Below are positions 20,027 through 28,258 of a DNA stretch of 64,000 nucleotides, piece by piece; the stretch's first letter is position 1, and each line of letters starts with the position of its first letter. Below the pieces are notes generated by a model. The model saw only the letters and a program-made list of their open reading frames with translations, made no database searches and was not told where the DNA came from. The position numbers and the translations under genes are program-made. Source of the stretch: Shigella phage SSG23; sequence record PQ351811; one strand, given 5' to 3'.

Positions 20027-21019
20027 ATGACTAAAGCAAAAATCACCGTCTCTGACCGTAACGTTCAATGCCTGGACTCTGCGAAACAAATCAAACTGGC
20101 TAAACAGTGGGGCGAAGGTAAGTTTACTACCCGCGAAGCACTTGCGGCAGCATTTGGTGTATCTCGTCGCACTGCCTCCCGTGTATTACTGATTCAGAAA
20201 GACGCAGTAGCGGAAGGTCGCAAGGCACTGGAAAACCGTAAAGCACGCCGTAAAACCAGTAAAGGAAAAGGCGGTGAACGCGCAAAAAAGCCCGTGACTA
20301 CTTCCTCAAAAATCGTAGCAATAGCCTCATCTAAATTCATTACTATTACATGTGGTGACATTGTTTATACTGCTGACCCATCACATGTTAACTTTAATGA
20401 AGCACTGGAAGCGATTAAACAAAATGATTTCATCAAAGCTATTACGCTGATTGACATTAAGAAAGCGGTTGAAGTATATTATCACGGCGCTTTCCGTATC
20501 GAAAATGGCATTGTGTATTATCATAATATTGTTCTTGATAATAATCTGACTCGTCGAGTTGTTGAGTCGATTAAAGAGAATAAGCCATATACGCACTATC
20601 TGAACTTCTTTGAGAAGTGCAAGAAAAACCCTAGCCGTAAGGCGGTAGATCGTCTGTTTGACTTCTTAGAGCACAACGACATTGAGATCGGGGAAGATGG
20701 TTGTTTCTATGCATGGAAACGTGTTGATGTTGATTATAAAGATTTCTTTACGCATACGTTTGATAATAGCCCAGGGCGCACGGTTAAAATGAAGCGTAAA
20801 GACGTGGACCCAGATGATGACCGCACTTGCTCTAATGGCCTCCATGTTGCAGCGAAACACTACATTCCGCACTATGGCGGTGGACGAGGCCGAATCATTA
20901 AATGCAAAGTTGATCCGCGTCACGTTGTAAGTATTCCGAAAGATTATGCGAATGCCAAAATGCGCTGTCATCGTTACTATGTGGTTGAAGATGTAACCGA
21001 AGGTTTTAGCCATTACTAA
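20027..21019 (+). CDS. rIIB: rIIB protein
   Basis: C-terminal two thirds match T4 rIIB (NPSRKAVDRLFDFL, FYAWK, FDNSPGRTVKM, CSNGLHV, DYANAKMR, VVEDVTE); start may be 20018 or 20027. Confidence 0.85.
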   Translation: MTKAKITVSDRNVQCLDSAKQIKLAKQWGEGKFTTREALAAAFGVSRRTASRVLLIQKDAVAEGRKALENRKARRKTSKGKGGERAKKPVTTSSKIVAIASSKFITITCGDIVYTADPSHVNFNEALEAIKQNDFIKAITLIDIKKAVEVYYHGAFRIENGIVYYHNIVLDNNLTRRVVESIKENKPYTHYLNFFEKCKKNPSRKAVDRLFDFLEHNDIEIGEDGCFYAWKRVDVDYKDFFTHTFDNSPGRTVKMKRKDVDPDDDRTCSNGLHVAAKHYIPHYGGGRGRIIKCKVDPRHVVSIPKDYANAKMRCHRYYVVEDVTEGFSHY

Positions 21020-21027
21020 CAGAGGAA

Positions 21028-21351
21028 TTGATTATGATTGATATGAAGGTTACTTGCGAAAGTGCACATGTTGAAGTAGAACAGGTATTATATCCATCTC
21101 AACGCGTTACGGTGACTTTAGACGAGGTGGATCTGGCTAATAGTGTTACCGTTGAAGATATTGCTAACGAGTATGACCATGATGAACTGTTAGATGCAAT
21201 CCCTGAACATGTTGTCATTCAGCATGTAGTAAGCAATAATGATCCATCGACTTTCATTAAAGAATATGGCGCTGATGAAATGCTCGATGAAATTGGCGAA
21301 AAGATTGTTATTGCATGGCTTGAAAACAACGGTTATACTGTAGAACAATAA
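21028..21351 (+). CDS. hypothetical acidic protein
   Basis: 107-aa ORF. Confidence 0.4.
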   Translation: MIMIDMKVTCESAHVEVEQVLYPSQRVTVTLDEVDLANSVTVEDIANEYDHDELLDAIPEHVVIQHVVSNNDPSTFIKEYGADEMLDEIGEKIVIAWLENNGYTVEQ

Positions 21352-21358
21352 TCAACAT

Positions 21359-21382
21359 AGGCCGCTTTGCGCGGCCTTTCTT
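21359..21382 (+). terminator. rho-independent terminator
   Basis: Hairpin AGGCCGC-tttgc-GCGGCCT followed by TTCTT. Confidence 0.55.
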
Positions 21383-21396
21383 AGAGGGAATATATT

Positions 21397-21690
21397 ATGA
21401 CGGTCACGATTATTACCAAATACGACGACGAAAATGTGATTTACGGTGATGTGGTTGTTGTTCACGGTCGTAGCATGAAAGTTACTGGTAATTGTAAAGA
21501 TGGTGCTATTATTTGCGGTGAACTTGTGCGAACCGTCAATCCTATCACCGACGAACAAAAGCGAGACATTATCAGAAAATTTAAAGACAGCGGATATTGT
21601 AACGTTGTGGTGATTCAAGAAAAATTTGAAGTAGGACACCTATACACAAACCAGAAAACAATTCCAGTATCAATGATGAAAGGCGGTTAA
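21397..21690 (+). CDS. hypothetical protein
   Basis: 97-aa ORF. Confidence 0.4.
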   Translation: MTVTIITKYDDENVIYGDVVVVHGRSMKVTGNCKDGAIICGELVRTVNPITDEQKRDIIRKFKDSGYCNVVVIQEKFEVGHLYTNQKTIPVSMMKGG

Positions 21691-21692
21691 TA

Positions 21693-22055
21693 ATGCTAGG
21701 TCATTCTAAAATAGAAGATTGCTCATTCAGAGCAATGAAAGATGATTTTTCTGTCCTGTATGCGTCTATCCGAGAATTGTTTGTAGATTTTAAGCAATTC
21801 AGGGAATACAAAGGCGTTAAGATGCGGGAGTGGGTATTCTGGCCTTTCTATATCATTACTCTGTTTTCTATGGTATTTTGTTTTGTCGGGATCACTATCG
21901 CTAGCTTTGTCACTTGCGTTTTCCTGATTATCCGGTGTATCATGTTTGCTTTGATTGCTGCCCCGTTTATTGTTTCAATCCTTCCGTTAAAATGGCTATT
22001 GGATTGGGCTGATAAATCTGATAAAGTAAAGAATGTGATTTGTAAGCGTGTATGA
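21693..22055 (+). CDS. hypothetical membrane protein
   Basis: 120 aa with two long hydrophobic segments (FWPFYIITLFSMVFCFVGITIASFVTCVFLII...). Confidence 0.45.
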   Translation: MLGHSKIEDCSFRAMKDDFSVLYASIRELFVDFKQFREYKGVKMREWVFWPFYIITLFSMVFCFVGITIASFVTCVFLIIRCIMFALIAAPFIVSILPLKWLLDWADKSDKVKNVICKRV

Positions 22056-22062
22056 GGTGAAG

Positions 22063-23427
22063 ATGGATAAAATTAGTCAAATTATAAACACAATTACTTA
22101 CCGTAGCCTTGAAAGCATTGTACACAATGAAGCTAAGGAATATGCGATCTATTCTGCCGAGGAACGCGGGATTCCTCAATTAGTAGATGGGCTTAAACCA
22201 GTGCAACGCTTTGTTATGGAATGTGCTTTGCAAAAGAGTAAAGGCGACCGTAAGAAATTCCGTAAGATGGCAGATATTGGATCTGGTGTTGCTGAGTTGG
22301 GGTATCACCACGGGGAAACTAATGCCGTAGAAGCTGGATCACTCATGGCGAATACATGGAGCAATAATACTCCACTGCTTGACGGTCAAGGTAACTTTGG
22401 ATCGCGTTTAGTCCAGAAAGCGGGGGCAGCACGTTATATCTTTGCTCGTGTGCATGAAAACTTCTTTAAAATCTATAAAGATATGAATTGCGCACCTAAG
22501 CACGAAGATCTGGAACACATCCCGCCAGCATTCTACTTGCCAGTCGTGCCAATGGTATTAGCTAATGGTATTAGTGGTATTGCTACAGGGTACAAAACTG
22601 ACATTTTACCGCATTCACTGGAAAGCCTCATTGAATGCACAGAGCTAGCACTTGCCGGAAAACTGGATAAAGAACCTACTGTTCAATTCCCGAAATTCAC
22701 GGGTAAAGTTATCCCGCGAGATGATCGCGATGGTGTGATTCTTGAGGGTACATATGAACTAAACGGCAAGACTAAGCTGACAATAACGGAAGTTCCTTAT
22801 AAGTTCGACCGTGAAGAATATGTAGCGGTACTGGATGCGCTGGAAGAAAAAGATCTGATTGTATCGTATAATGACCGTTGCTCTAAGGACGGATTCAGAT
22901 TTGAAGTAACCCTGAAACGCGATTATTTCAAAAGTGAAGATGAATCCGCTCGACATGAGCAGATCATGAAGGATTTTAAGTTAACGCAGCTAGTAGCACA
23001 GAATATCGTAGTAGTTAACGAACGTGGTTTAGTTGAAGTATTCGAGAAAGCGAGCGATCTGATCCGTCGATTCGTCGAAATCAGATTAGGCTATGTAGAT
23101 AAACGCATTGAATTGATGCAAGCCGAAACACTGGAAGCATACAATTATGCAATGGCTAAAGCAGAATTTATCGACCGCGTAATTAAGGGCGAAATCGAGC
23201 TACAGGGCAAGAAAAAGGCCGAGGTGATGCAATCCATCAATGGACATGAAAAACTGCGTCCATATGCCGATAAGCTCGTTTCTATGCCATTGTATAGCGT
23301 TACTCAAGAAGAGTATGATCGACTGGTCAAAGATGCCGATAAACATCATAGTGAATATGAGTATTGGACAAAGACGACCGCAATGAAGGAATATAAGAAA
23401 GATCTTAAAGAACTTAAGAAGGGTTGA
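22063..23427 (+). CDS. 52: topoisomerase II medium subunit gp52 (GyrA-like)
   Basis: GLKPVQRFV motif and size match T4 gp52; start chosen at RBS-proximal ATG. Confidence 0.85.
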   Translation: MDKISQIINTITYRSLESIVHNEAKEYAIYSAEERGIPQLVDGLKPVQRFVMECALQKSKGDRKKFRKMADIGSGVAELGYHHGETNAVEAGSLMANTWSNNTPLLDGQGNFGSRLVQKAGAARYIFARVHENFFKIYKDMNCAPKHEDLEHIPPAFYLPVVPMVLANGISGIATGYKTDILPHSLESLIECTELALAGKLDKEPTVQFPKFTGKVIPRDDRDGVILEGTYELNGKTKLTITEVPYKFDREEYVAVLDALEEKDLIVSYNDRCSKDGFRFEVTLKRDYFKSEDESARHEQIMKDFKLTQLVAQNIVVVNERGLVEVFEKASDLIRRFVEIRLGYVDKRIELMQAETLEAYNYAMAKAEFIDRVIKGEIELQGKKKAEVMQSINGHEKLRPYADKLVSMPLYSVTQEEYDRLVKDADKHHSEYEYWTKTTAMKEYKKDLKELKKG

Positions 23428-23633
23428 TTATGAAAGATTATCCCGTAGGTGGTTATGTGGCTTTCGTGTTCAACAATGAAAAGATTGCACCAATGGTCGT
23501 TGAGACTATGGAAGAAGCCAACCGGATCACTATTGAATCTCTGAACAAGTTAGCAGAGATAACAAACACACCAAAACACAGAGCAACGATAGATTATTTG
23601 ATGAAAGAATTTTTGGAGGGAAAGTATGACTGA
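23424..23633 (+). CDS. hypothetical protein
   Basis: 69-aa ORF overlapping gp52 stop. Confidence 0.35.
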   Translation: MIMKDYPVGGYVAFVFNNEKIAPMVVETMEEANRITIESLNKLAEITNTPKHRATIDYLMKEFLEGKYD

Positions 23634-24021
23634 ACGACGCATCACTGCAACTGGTTTGGGTAATCATCATGCATGGATGGTTAATCCAGACAAAAATCCT
23701 TATAAACTGTACGATACAACGATTAAACCGTGGGATAATGGCGTGTGGAAAACATCACCGACAACAGCACCTATTATGACCGATCCGAAACCGATTAGCC
23801 CGATGGCGGAACCAGTACAGATTAAGCCGTTACCATACCAGATAACGACGAATAGCATCGCCAACAAGCAAGAAAATGATATTGATATGATCTACGAGAT
23901 GATTAAACTTTGGCGTGATGTTTATCTGGGTGTTCTTTGCAACACAGATAAAAGTGCACATGCGGCAGCGGTACTTGCATCTCATGCGGTAGACGAAGCC
24001 AAAAAGAAATTTAGCAAGTAA
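23626..24021 (+). CDS. hypothetical protein
   Basis: 131-aa ORF. Confidence 0.4.
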   Translation: MTERRITATGLGNHHAWMVNPDKNPYKLYDTTIKPWDNGVWKTSPTTAPIMTDPKPISPMAEPVQIKPLPYQITTNSIANKQENDIDMIYEMIKLWRDVYLGVLCNTDKSAHAAAVLASHAVDEAKKKFSK

Positions 24022-24030
24022 CTGATTATT

Positions 24031-24059
24031 AAGCCGATCCTTGTGGTCGGCTTTTTTTT
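24031..24059 (+). terminator. rho-independent terminator (AAGCCGATCC-ttgtg-GTCGGCTT + T8)
   Basis: Strong hairpin and T-run; same element in inverted orientation at 34614-34636. Confidence 0.7.
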
Positions 24060-24072
24060 ATTTTAAAAGTTG

Positions 24073-24101
24073 TTGACTTCCATAATCCAACATTGCATAA
24101 T
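24073..24101 (+). promoter_or_regulatory. sigma70-like early promoter TTGACT-17-CATAAT
   Basis: Conserved leader cataccaaacaaaaggagattcaaaa then ATG 24133. Confidence 0.55.
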
Positions 24102-24132
24102 ACACCCATACCAAACAAAAGGAGATTCAAAA

Positions 24133-24339
24133 ATGAAAGTACGTTGCATTGAAACCGATCACATCAATTATAGCTTTAGTGTCGGGTGTGATTATGATGT
24201 TGATATATTCACGGACAATAGCGGAAACACATTTGATGTAGTTCACGGTGACTATATTTGGTTTTACTTTGACAAACAACAACTTACTGCAACCAAACGA
24301 AATGGTGATCCGGTAGCAAAATTTGAAATAATCGAATAA
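24133..24339 (+). CDS. hypothetical protein
   Basis: 68-aa ORF from RBS-proximal ATG. Confidence 0.4.
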   Translation: MKVRCIETDHINYSFSVGCDYDVDIFTDNSGNTFDVVHGDYIWFYFDKQQLTATKRNGDPVAKFEIIE

Positions 24340-24345
24340 AGTCTA

Positions 24346-24374
24346 TTGACACCAGAACAAGGGAGTAGTAACAT
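24346..24374 (+). promoter_or_regulatory. PeSL-type promoter TTGACA-17-TAACAT within palindrome GGGAGTA...TACTCCC
   Basis: Palindrome 24361-24380; conserved leader and RBS before ATG 24406. Confidence 0.55.
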
Positions 24375-24405
24375 ACTCCCATACCAAACAAAAGGAGAAT
24401 CAAAG

Positions 24406-24678
24406 ATGAGCAACAAAAACAGCAAAGTGTTAGCAATTGCAGATAAAGTAGGCTACTGGAAATGTTGGGATGATATGGAGAAATTAGGCGGTCGCTATCT
24501 CGATAACTTAGAGTTGCATTATTGCCAAGCGCGTAATGCAGAAGTTGCGGGAGTAGCAATCGAAGATATTCCGTCTAAAGTCTTCGGATTCTCTAAAGAT
24601 GATACCTTAGAGTATGTTTTTAAGGCTGTAATGGATCAAGCATGGGAAGACGCAGAGACACGCGCTCTTGATTGGTGA
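24406..24678 (+). CDS. hypothetical protein
   Basis: 90-aa ORF. Confidence 0.4.
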   Translation: MSNKNSKVLAIADKVGYWKCWDDMEKLGGRYLDNLELHYCQARNAEVAGVAIEDIPSKVFGFSKDDTLEYVFKAVMDQAWEDAETRALDW

Positions 24679-24853
24679 TAATATGAACTGGTATAAAATT
24701 TGGAAAAATCAGGTGGAGGCTTATCTAGGGTATAAGCCCACCGACGAAGAATTACTCGATGCAATGTACGAAGACGGACTAAATCCGAAAGTAGCCGCGC
24801 AAGAATACGCGGAATGGATGAAGGTCGAAGATAACCTAAAGGGGAAACTATGA
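24668..24853 (+). CDS. hypothetical protein
   Basis: 61-aa ORF; start uncertain (possibly 24683). Confidence 0.3.
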   Translation: MIGDNMNWYKIWKNQVEAYLGYKPTDEELLDAMYEDGLNPKVAAQEYAEWMKVEDNLKGKL

Positions 24854-25074
24854 AGAAAATGATTGCAATTGCTTTGCTGGCTAGTGCATGTACTGTAAAT
24901 GCTAATACCGCAGCGATGGTCGCGGCTGTAACTGCTGCAAATGCTTCCGTTATGGCTTCACAAGAGGCAGCACGCCAGCAAGCACAACAAGAAGCCCAGC
25001 GAAAAGCACATGAGGCGACGAAAAATTTTCACGAAAATAATAAAAAAGAAGTTGACGCCAAAGGTCGTCGGTAG
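24850..25074 (+). CDS. small secreted protein (N-terminal signal peptide)
   Basis: MKKMIAIALLASACTVNA signal-like N-terminus, Ala/Gln-rich mature part; 3' end overlaps next promoter. Confidence 0.4.
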   Translation: MKKMIAIALLASACTVNANTAAMVAAVTAANASVMASQEAARQQAQQEAQRKAHEATKNFHENNKKEVDAKGRR

Positions 25075-25080
25075 TATTAT
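25052..25080 (+). promoter_or_regulatory. PeSL-type promoter TTGACG-17-TATTAT
   Basis: Followed by ACTCCC half-palindrome and conserved leader. Confidence 0.5.
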
Positions 25081-25114
25081 ACTCCCATACCGAAACGAAC
25101 TGGAGGAAATAAAA

Positions 25115-25357
25115 ATGGTTAAAGTTAATGTTATCGAAGTTGCACTGTACGACGCTGGGATCTTCCTGAATGAAAAAGAAGCTGCCGTCCTCGACGAACT
25201 GAAAACTGTTTTTGTTCCTGTAGTAGAAGACGTAGAAGCAATCAAAATCGCTTCTCGTAAACTGTCCCATGAAGCATTTGACATGATTGATCCGGTTTTC
25301 AAAGTTATGCACGAATGCGCGGTTATGATGACCGAAGAAGAAGCGAAAAATTTCTAA
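25115..25357 (+). CDS. hypothetical protein
   Basis: 80-aa ORF from RBS-proximal ATG. Confidence 0.4.
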   Translation: MVKVNVIEVALYDAGIFLNEKEAAVLDELKTVFVPVVEDVEAIKIASRKLSHEAFDMIDPVFKVMHECAVMMTEEEAKNF

Positions 25358-25363
25358 AATTAG

Positions 25364-25392
25364 TTGACGTAAAGAAACGGGAGTAGTAAGAT
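25364..25392 (+). promoter_or_regulatory. PeSL-type promoter TTGACG-17-TAAGAT within palindrome GGGAGTAgtaagaTACTCCC
   Basis: Palindrome 25379-25398; leader ataccaaacgaaaggagaatcac. Confidence 0.55.
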
Positions 25393-25421
25393 ACTCCCAT
25401 ACCAAACGAAAGGAGAATCAC

Positions 25422-25634
25422 ATGAAATCTATCGAGCAAGTAGTAACCGAGTTTATGAGCTACGAAGGAAACCGCATCTTTGGACGTTCTCAAGTTCGCG
25501 AGATCGTAGAAGAAGTTGCGAGAGAGTTTGCGGAATCTGGTCACATTATCACGAAAGACCGTAAAGAAGAAGCAGTAAACCAGATCATGGCTATACAGAA
25601 AATGCGTATTAATTTACGCGTGGGTAAACATTAA
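25422..25634 (+). CDS. hypothetical protein
   Basis: 70-aa ORF. Confidence 0.4.
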   Translation: MKSIEQVVTEFMSYEGNRIFGRSQVREIVEEVAREFAESGHIITKDRKEEAVNQIMAIQKMRINLRVGKH

Positions 25635-25643
25635 AAATAGTTG

Positions 25644-25672
25644 TTGACAGGGGATCGGTGATCCCCTATAAT
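25644..25672 (+). promoter_or_regulatory. PeSL-type promoter TTGACA-[GGGGATCggtGATCCCC]-TATAAT
   Basis: 17-bp palindromic spacer with two GATC sites forms the whole spacer between consensus -35 and -10. Confidence 0.6.
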
Positions 25673-25703
25673 GAACTCATCAAGACAACGAAGGAGAATC
25701 AAA

Positions 25704-25859
25704 ATGAAACATACTCACAAATTAATGGTTAAATTTGAAGGTGCTAAGGGATATGAACGTTACGGTGTATTCTTCTCTGAGGATGATGCATGGGATGCTG
25801 GTTTGGCAACGTTCGCCGAACACAACAACATTGAAGACTTTACTGTAGAAGAAATTTAA
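25704..25859 (+). CDS. hypothetical protein
   Basis: 51-aa ORF from RBS-proximal ATG. Confidence 0.35.
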   Translation: MKHTHKLMVKFEGAKGYERYGVFFSEDDAWDAGLATFAEHNNIEDFTVEEI

Positions 25860-25867
25860 AAAAGTAG

Positions 25868-25896
25868 TTGACACCGGATTATGGGAGTAGTAAGAT
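25868..25896 (+). promoter_or_regulatory. PeSL-type promoter TTGACA-17-TAAGAT within palindrome GGGAGTAgtaagaTACTCCC
   Basis: Palindrome 25883-25902. Confidence 0.55.
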
Positions 25897-25929
25897 ACTC
25901 CCATCAAGAAAAACATTGAGGAATATATT

Positions 25930-26688
25930 ATGAAAAACATTATCGCTGCTATCGTTCTTTCTGCTACTGCTTTCGGTGCTAATGCTGCGTCCTTTGATTG
26001 CACTAAGGCTACTACCAAATCAGAGAAGTTTATTTGTGCTAATGAGTCAATCTCCGCACTGGATTCTAAACTTCATGAAGTATATGTTAAGGCCGTTAAG
26101 ATTGATCCGTCTCTGAAACAAGAGCAACGTAACTGGAATAAAACTGTTCGTGATACTATGATCAATATCGGGCAGATTCAGCCACTGGAGGCTGTATATA
26201 ACGCTCAAATCCAAAACTTGATGAATGTATTACCTAAAGAAGAAACAGCGTCAGAAAGCGATTCAGAGACTTCTGCGAAGGTTGAAAAAGAACAACCGAA
26301 ACAGGAAGCAAAAGTGGTAGAAGAACCGAAGGTTGAAACTTTTACTTATCAATGCAACATTCGCTATGAGTGGAGTATTAAAGATGGAATTTCCACCAAA
26401 ATTAAAGAAGCGCCACTGTATGCCAAATATGGAAATCAACCAGGAGATCTTCAAGTAACAATTAAAAATGGGGAAATGGTCGATTTTGTATACATTGATG
26501 AATACAACGTACACAAAGCAAACGTACAAGAAACCGTTATGACTAAAGGCGGGTTTTATAAAAATGTTGGCAAGAAAGATCTATATGAATACTCCGTTTT
26601 CGAACCAAACGACGGAACTATTCGATTTGAAAAACGTCATCCTACATTCGGTGGCGCAATTGATGTAGATCAATACGTTTGCAAGTAA
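25930..26688 (+). CDS. secreted protein with DUF1311/LprI-like (lysozyme-inhibitor family) N-terminal domain
   Basis: 252 aa; signal peptide MKNIIAAIVLSATAFGANA; FDCTKATTKSEKFICANESISALDSKLHEVY...QEQRNWNKTVRD fits DUF1311 pattern as recalled. Confidence 0.45.
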   Translation: MKNIIAAIVLSATAFGANAASFDCTKATTKSEKFICANESISALDSKLHEVYVKAVKIDPSLKQEQRNWNKTVRDTMINIGQIQPLEAVYNAQIQNLMNVLPKEETASESDSETSAKVEKEQPKQEAKVVEEPKVETFTYQCNIRYEWSIKDGISTKIKEAPLYAKYGNQPGDLQVTIKNGEMVDFVYIDEYNVHKANVQETVMTKGGFYKNVGKKDLYEYSVFEPNDGTIRFEKRHPTFGGAIDVDQYVCK

Positions 26689-26699
26689 GAGGTTAAATT

Positions 26700-26978
26700 A
26701 TGCAATTCAATAACATGAAGATCACAAAAGATTGGTGGGATGCTATGAGAGCTAACGACCGGATCGGAATTGGAAAGGCAGAAAAGACAGTTGTTATTGT
26801 CGAGTATAAAGCGACGCAAGATCTTTTAATTAAGGAACTTATTCGAGCGGGGAGCTATCAAACACCGGAGGGTCTTATTGACATGATGGTTGATAACATG
26901 TATAGTGACGAACCGCCAAACATTAAACAACATTACAAGCAGTATTACCGAAAGTGGCAGAAGTATAACCGAAAATAG
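26700..26978 (+). CDS. hypothetical protein
   Basis: 92-aa ORF. Confidence 0.4.
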   Translation: MQFNNMKITKDWWDAMRANDRIGIGKAEKTVVIVEYKATQDLLIKELIRAGSYQTPEGLIDMMVDNMYSDEPPNIKQHYKQYYRKWQKYNRK

Positions 26979-27001
26979 TTTGTTGACGTGAGGATTATAT
27001 T

Positions 27002-27193
27002 ATGGTAATTTTTAATCGCGATGGTATCATAGTTCGGCAACACCCATTCCTTGAATACTATCAGGTTGAACAATGGGGATACGGGGATTGCTCGCGCTCA
27101 TACGGTCAAAGCTGGAGATACCGTACAGTTTTTGAATCAACTAATATTGACAAAGTACGACAGAAAGTTTTAGAACTTCTTAACGATAAGTGA
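27002..27193 (+). CDS. hypothetical protein
   Basis: 63-aa ORF, RBS GAGGA upstream. Confidence 0.35.
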   Translation: MVIFNRDGIIVRQHPFLEYYQVEQWGYGDCSRSYGQSWRYRTVFESTNIDKVRQKVLELLNDK

Positions 27194-27203
27194 GGATTAC
27201 ATC

Positions 27204-27572
27204 ATGGAAATTCAAAACAATTACGAAAAATGTGTTATTATCAATGATCTGCAACGTCAATTGCACCACTACGAAACCGATTATAAGACAGCAACCAAAA
27301 CCGGAAAACTGAAAGTGTGGGAAGTTTGGTATAACCGAAACTATCTAGGCAGTATCCACAAACTTGATCGCAGTGATGTTTATACAATGCATGTAGGCGC
27401 TTGCGGTGAATCGGATGTAGCATTTAATTTCATGGAAGCACTTGCATTCTATGTAGAATATCTGGTAGACTATATCGAGTTGGAAGAGGAAGTGGTAGAA
27501 TTGCTTCCTCCACCGGAAGAAGCGCCGGAAGCAACTATCCTTAAAGCATTAAAGAAAATCTTTGTTAAGTGA
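27204..27572 (+). CDS. hypothetical protein
   Basis: 122-aa ORF, RBS GAGGA upstream. Confidence 0.4.
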   Translation: MEIQNNYEKCVIINDLQRQLHHYETDYKTATKTGKLKVWEVWYNRNYLGSIHKLDRSDVYTMHVGACGESDVAFNFMEALAFYVEYLVDYIELEEEVVELLPPPEEAPEATILKALKKIFVK

Positions 27573-27580
27573 GGTGAACT

Positions 27581-27913
27581 ATGAAAAATGTACTGATTGT
27601 ATGGGAACTGATTCCAGAAACTACCGAATTGTACATGGTACAGGTTGACGATAAAGAATTTGAAATTCTGAAACGCGTCAACTGCAAATATATTAACATT
27701 GATGACATGACCCCAGAAATGGACTATGTAAACTATGCTCTCATGCAGCCTAGCTGGATTATGGATGAAACTAAAGCAGATGCCGAATCGCTGGGTGTAC
27801 CGGAAGAAGTATTAGCGAAATGGCATCAATTCAAAGTTGAGATAAAAGAGGGTGAACCGTTTATCCCTAGCGGTATGATCGACGCGGTGATCGTAACAGG
27901 TTTTCATCTGTAA
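27581..27913 (+). CDS. hypothetical protein
   Basis: 110-aa ORF. Confidence 0.4.
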   Translation: MKNVLIVWELIPETTELYMVQVDDKEFEILKRVNCKYINIDDMTPEMDYVNYALMQPSWIMDETKADAESLGVPEEVLAKWHQFKVEIKEGEPFIPSGMIDAVIVTGFHL

Positions 27914-27925
27914 GGGTATTCTATA

Positions 27926-28258
27926 ATGTTTAATTATGACAAATATGAATCATGGAAAGCATCCGAACTGAAAGAGGCAGCGCGGTTAATCACACCGCGT
28001 CTTTATCCGGTACTGTTTAGCGCCGATAAAGTAACAAGGGAAGTAAACGAGGCGCTATCGGTTTTAGGTTATCTAATCGATAAAGTAGAGAAAACATCGG
28101 TATTCACAAATAGTGTAGAATATACCCGTTATCGAGTGTTTTTAGATTCCCTGCTCGTTGTCATTAAGGCGCTAAATGATCATAACTACACCATGAACAT
28201 GACGAAAATAATCGACGAAGCAAGAATTATGACAGAGAATATTTTCGGAAGATTTTGA
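27926..28258 (+). CDS. hypothetical protein (paralog of 28374-28688)
   Basis: 110 aa; C-terminus IIDEARIMTENIFGRF resembles IIIDARKLAENVYGKF of the next-but-one ORF. Confidence 0.4.
   Translation: MFNYDKYESWKASELKEAARLITPRLYPVLFSADKVTREVNEALSVLGYLIDKVEKTSVFTNSVEYTRYRVFLDSLLVVIKALNDHNYTMNMTKIIDEARIMTENIFGRF

Noticed and set aside
24850-24900. Lipoprotein lipobox in MKKMIAIALLASAC.
   Set aside because: Residue at -3 is Ala rather than Leu/Val/Ile, so it is treated as an ordinary signal peptide.
24346-25902. Recurring GGGAGTAgtaagaTACTCCC and GGGGATC...GATCCCC palindromes looked superficially like a CRISPR array.
   Set aside because: The repeats are irregularly spaced (about 280-1100 bp), each is embedded in a -35/-10 promoter and followed by an RBS and a protein-coding ORF, and there are no cas genes. 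They are promoter/stem-loop cassettes.
26983-27001. TTGACG upstream of ORF 27002 as a promoter.
   Set aside because: No -10 hexamer at 16-18 bp spacing; the sequence runs directly into the RBS.
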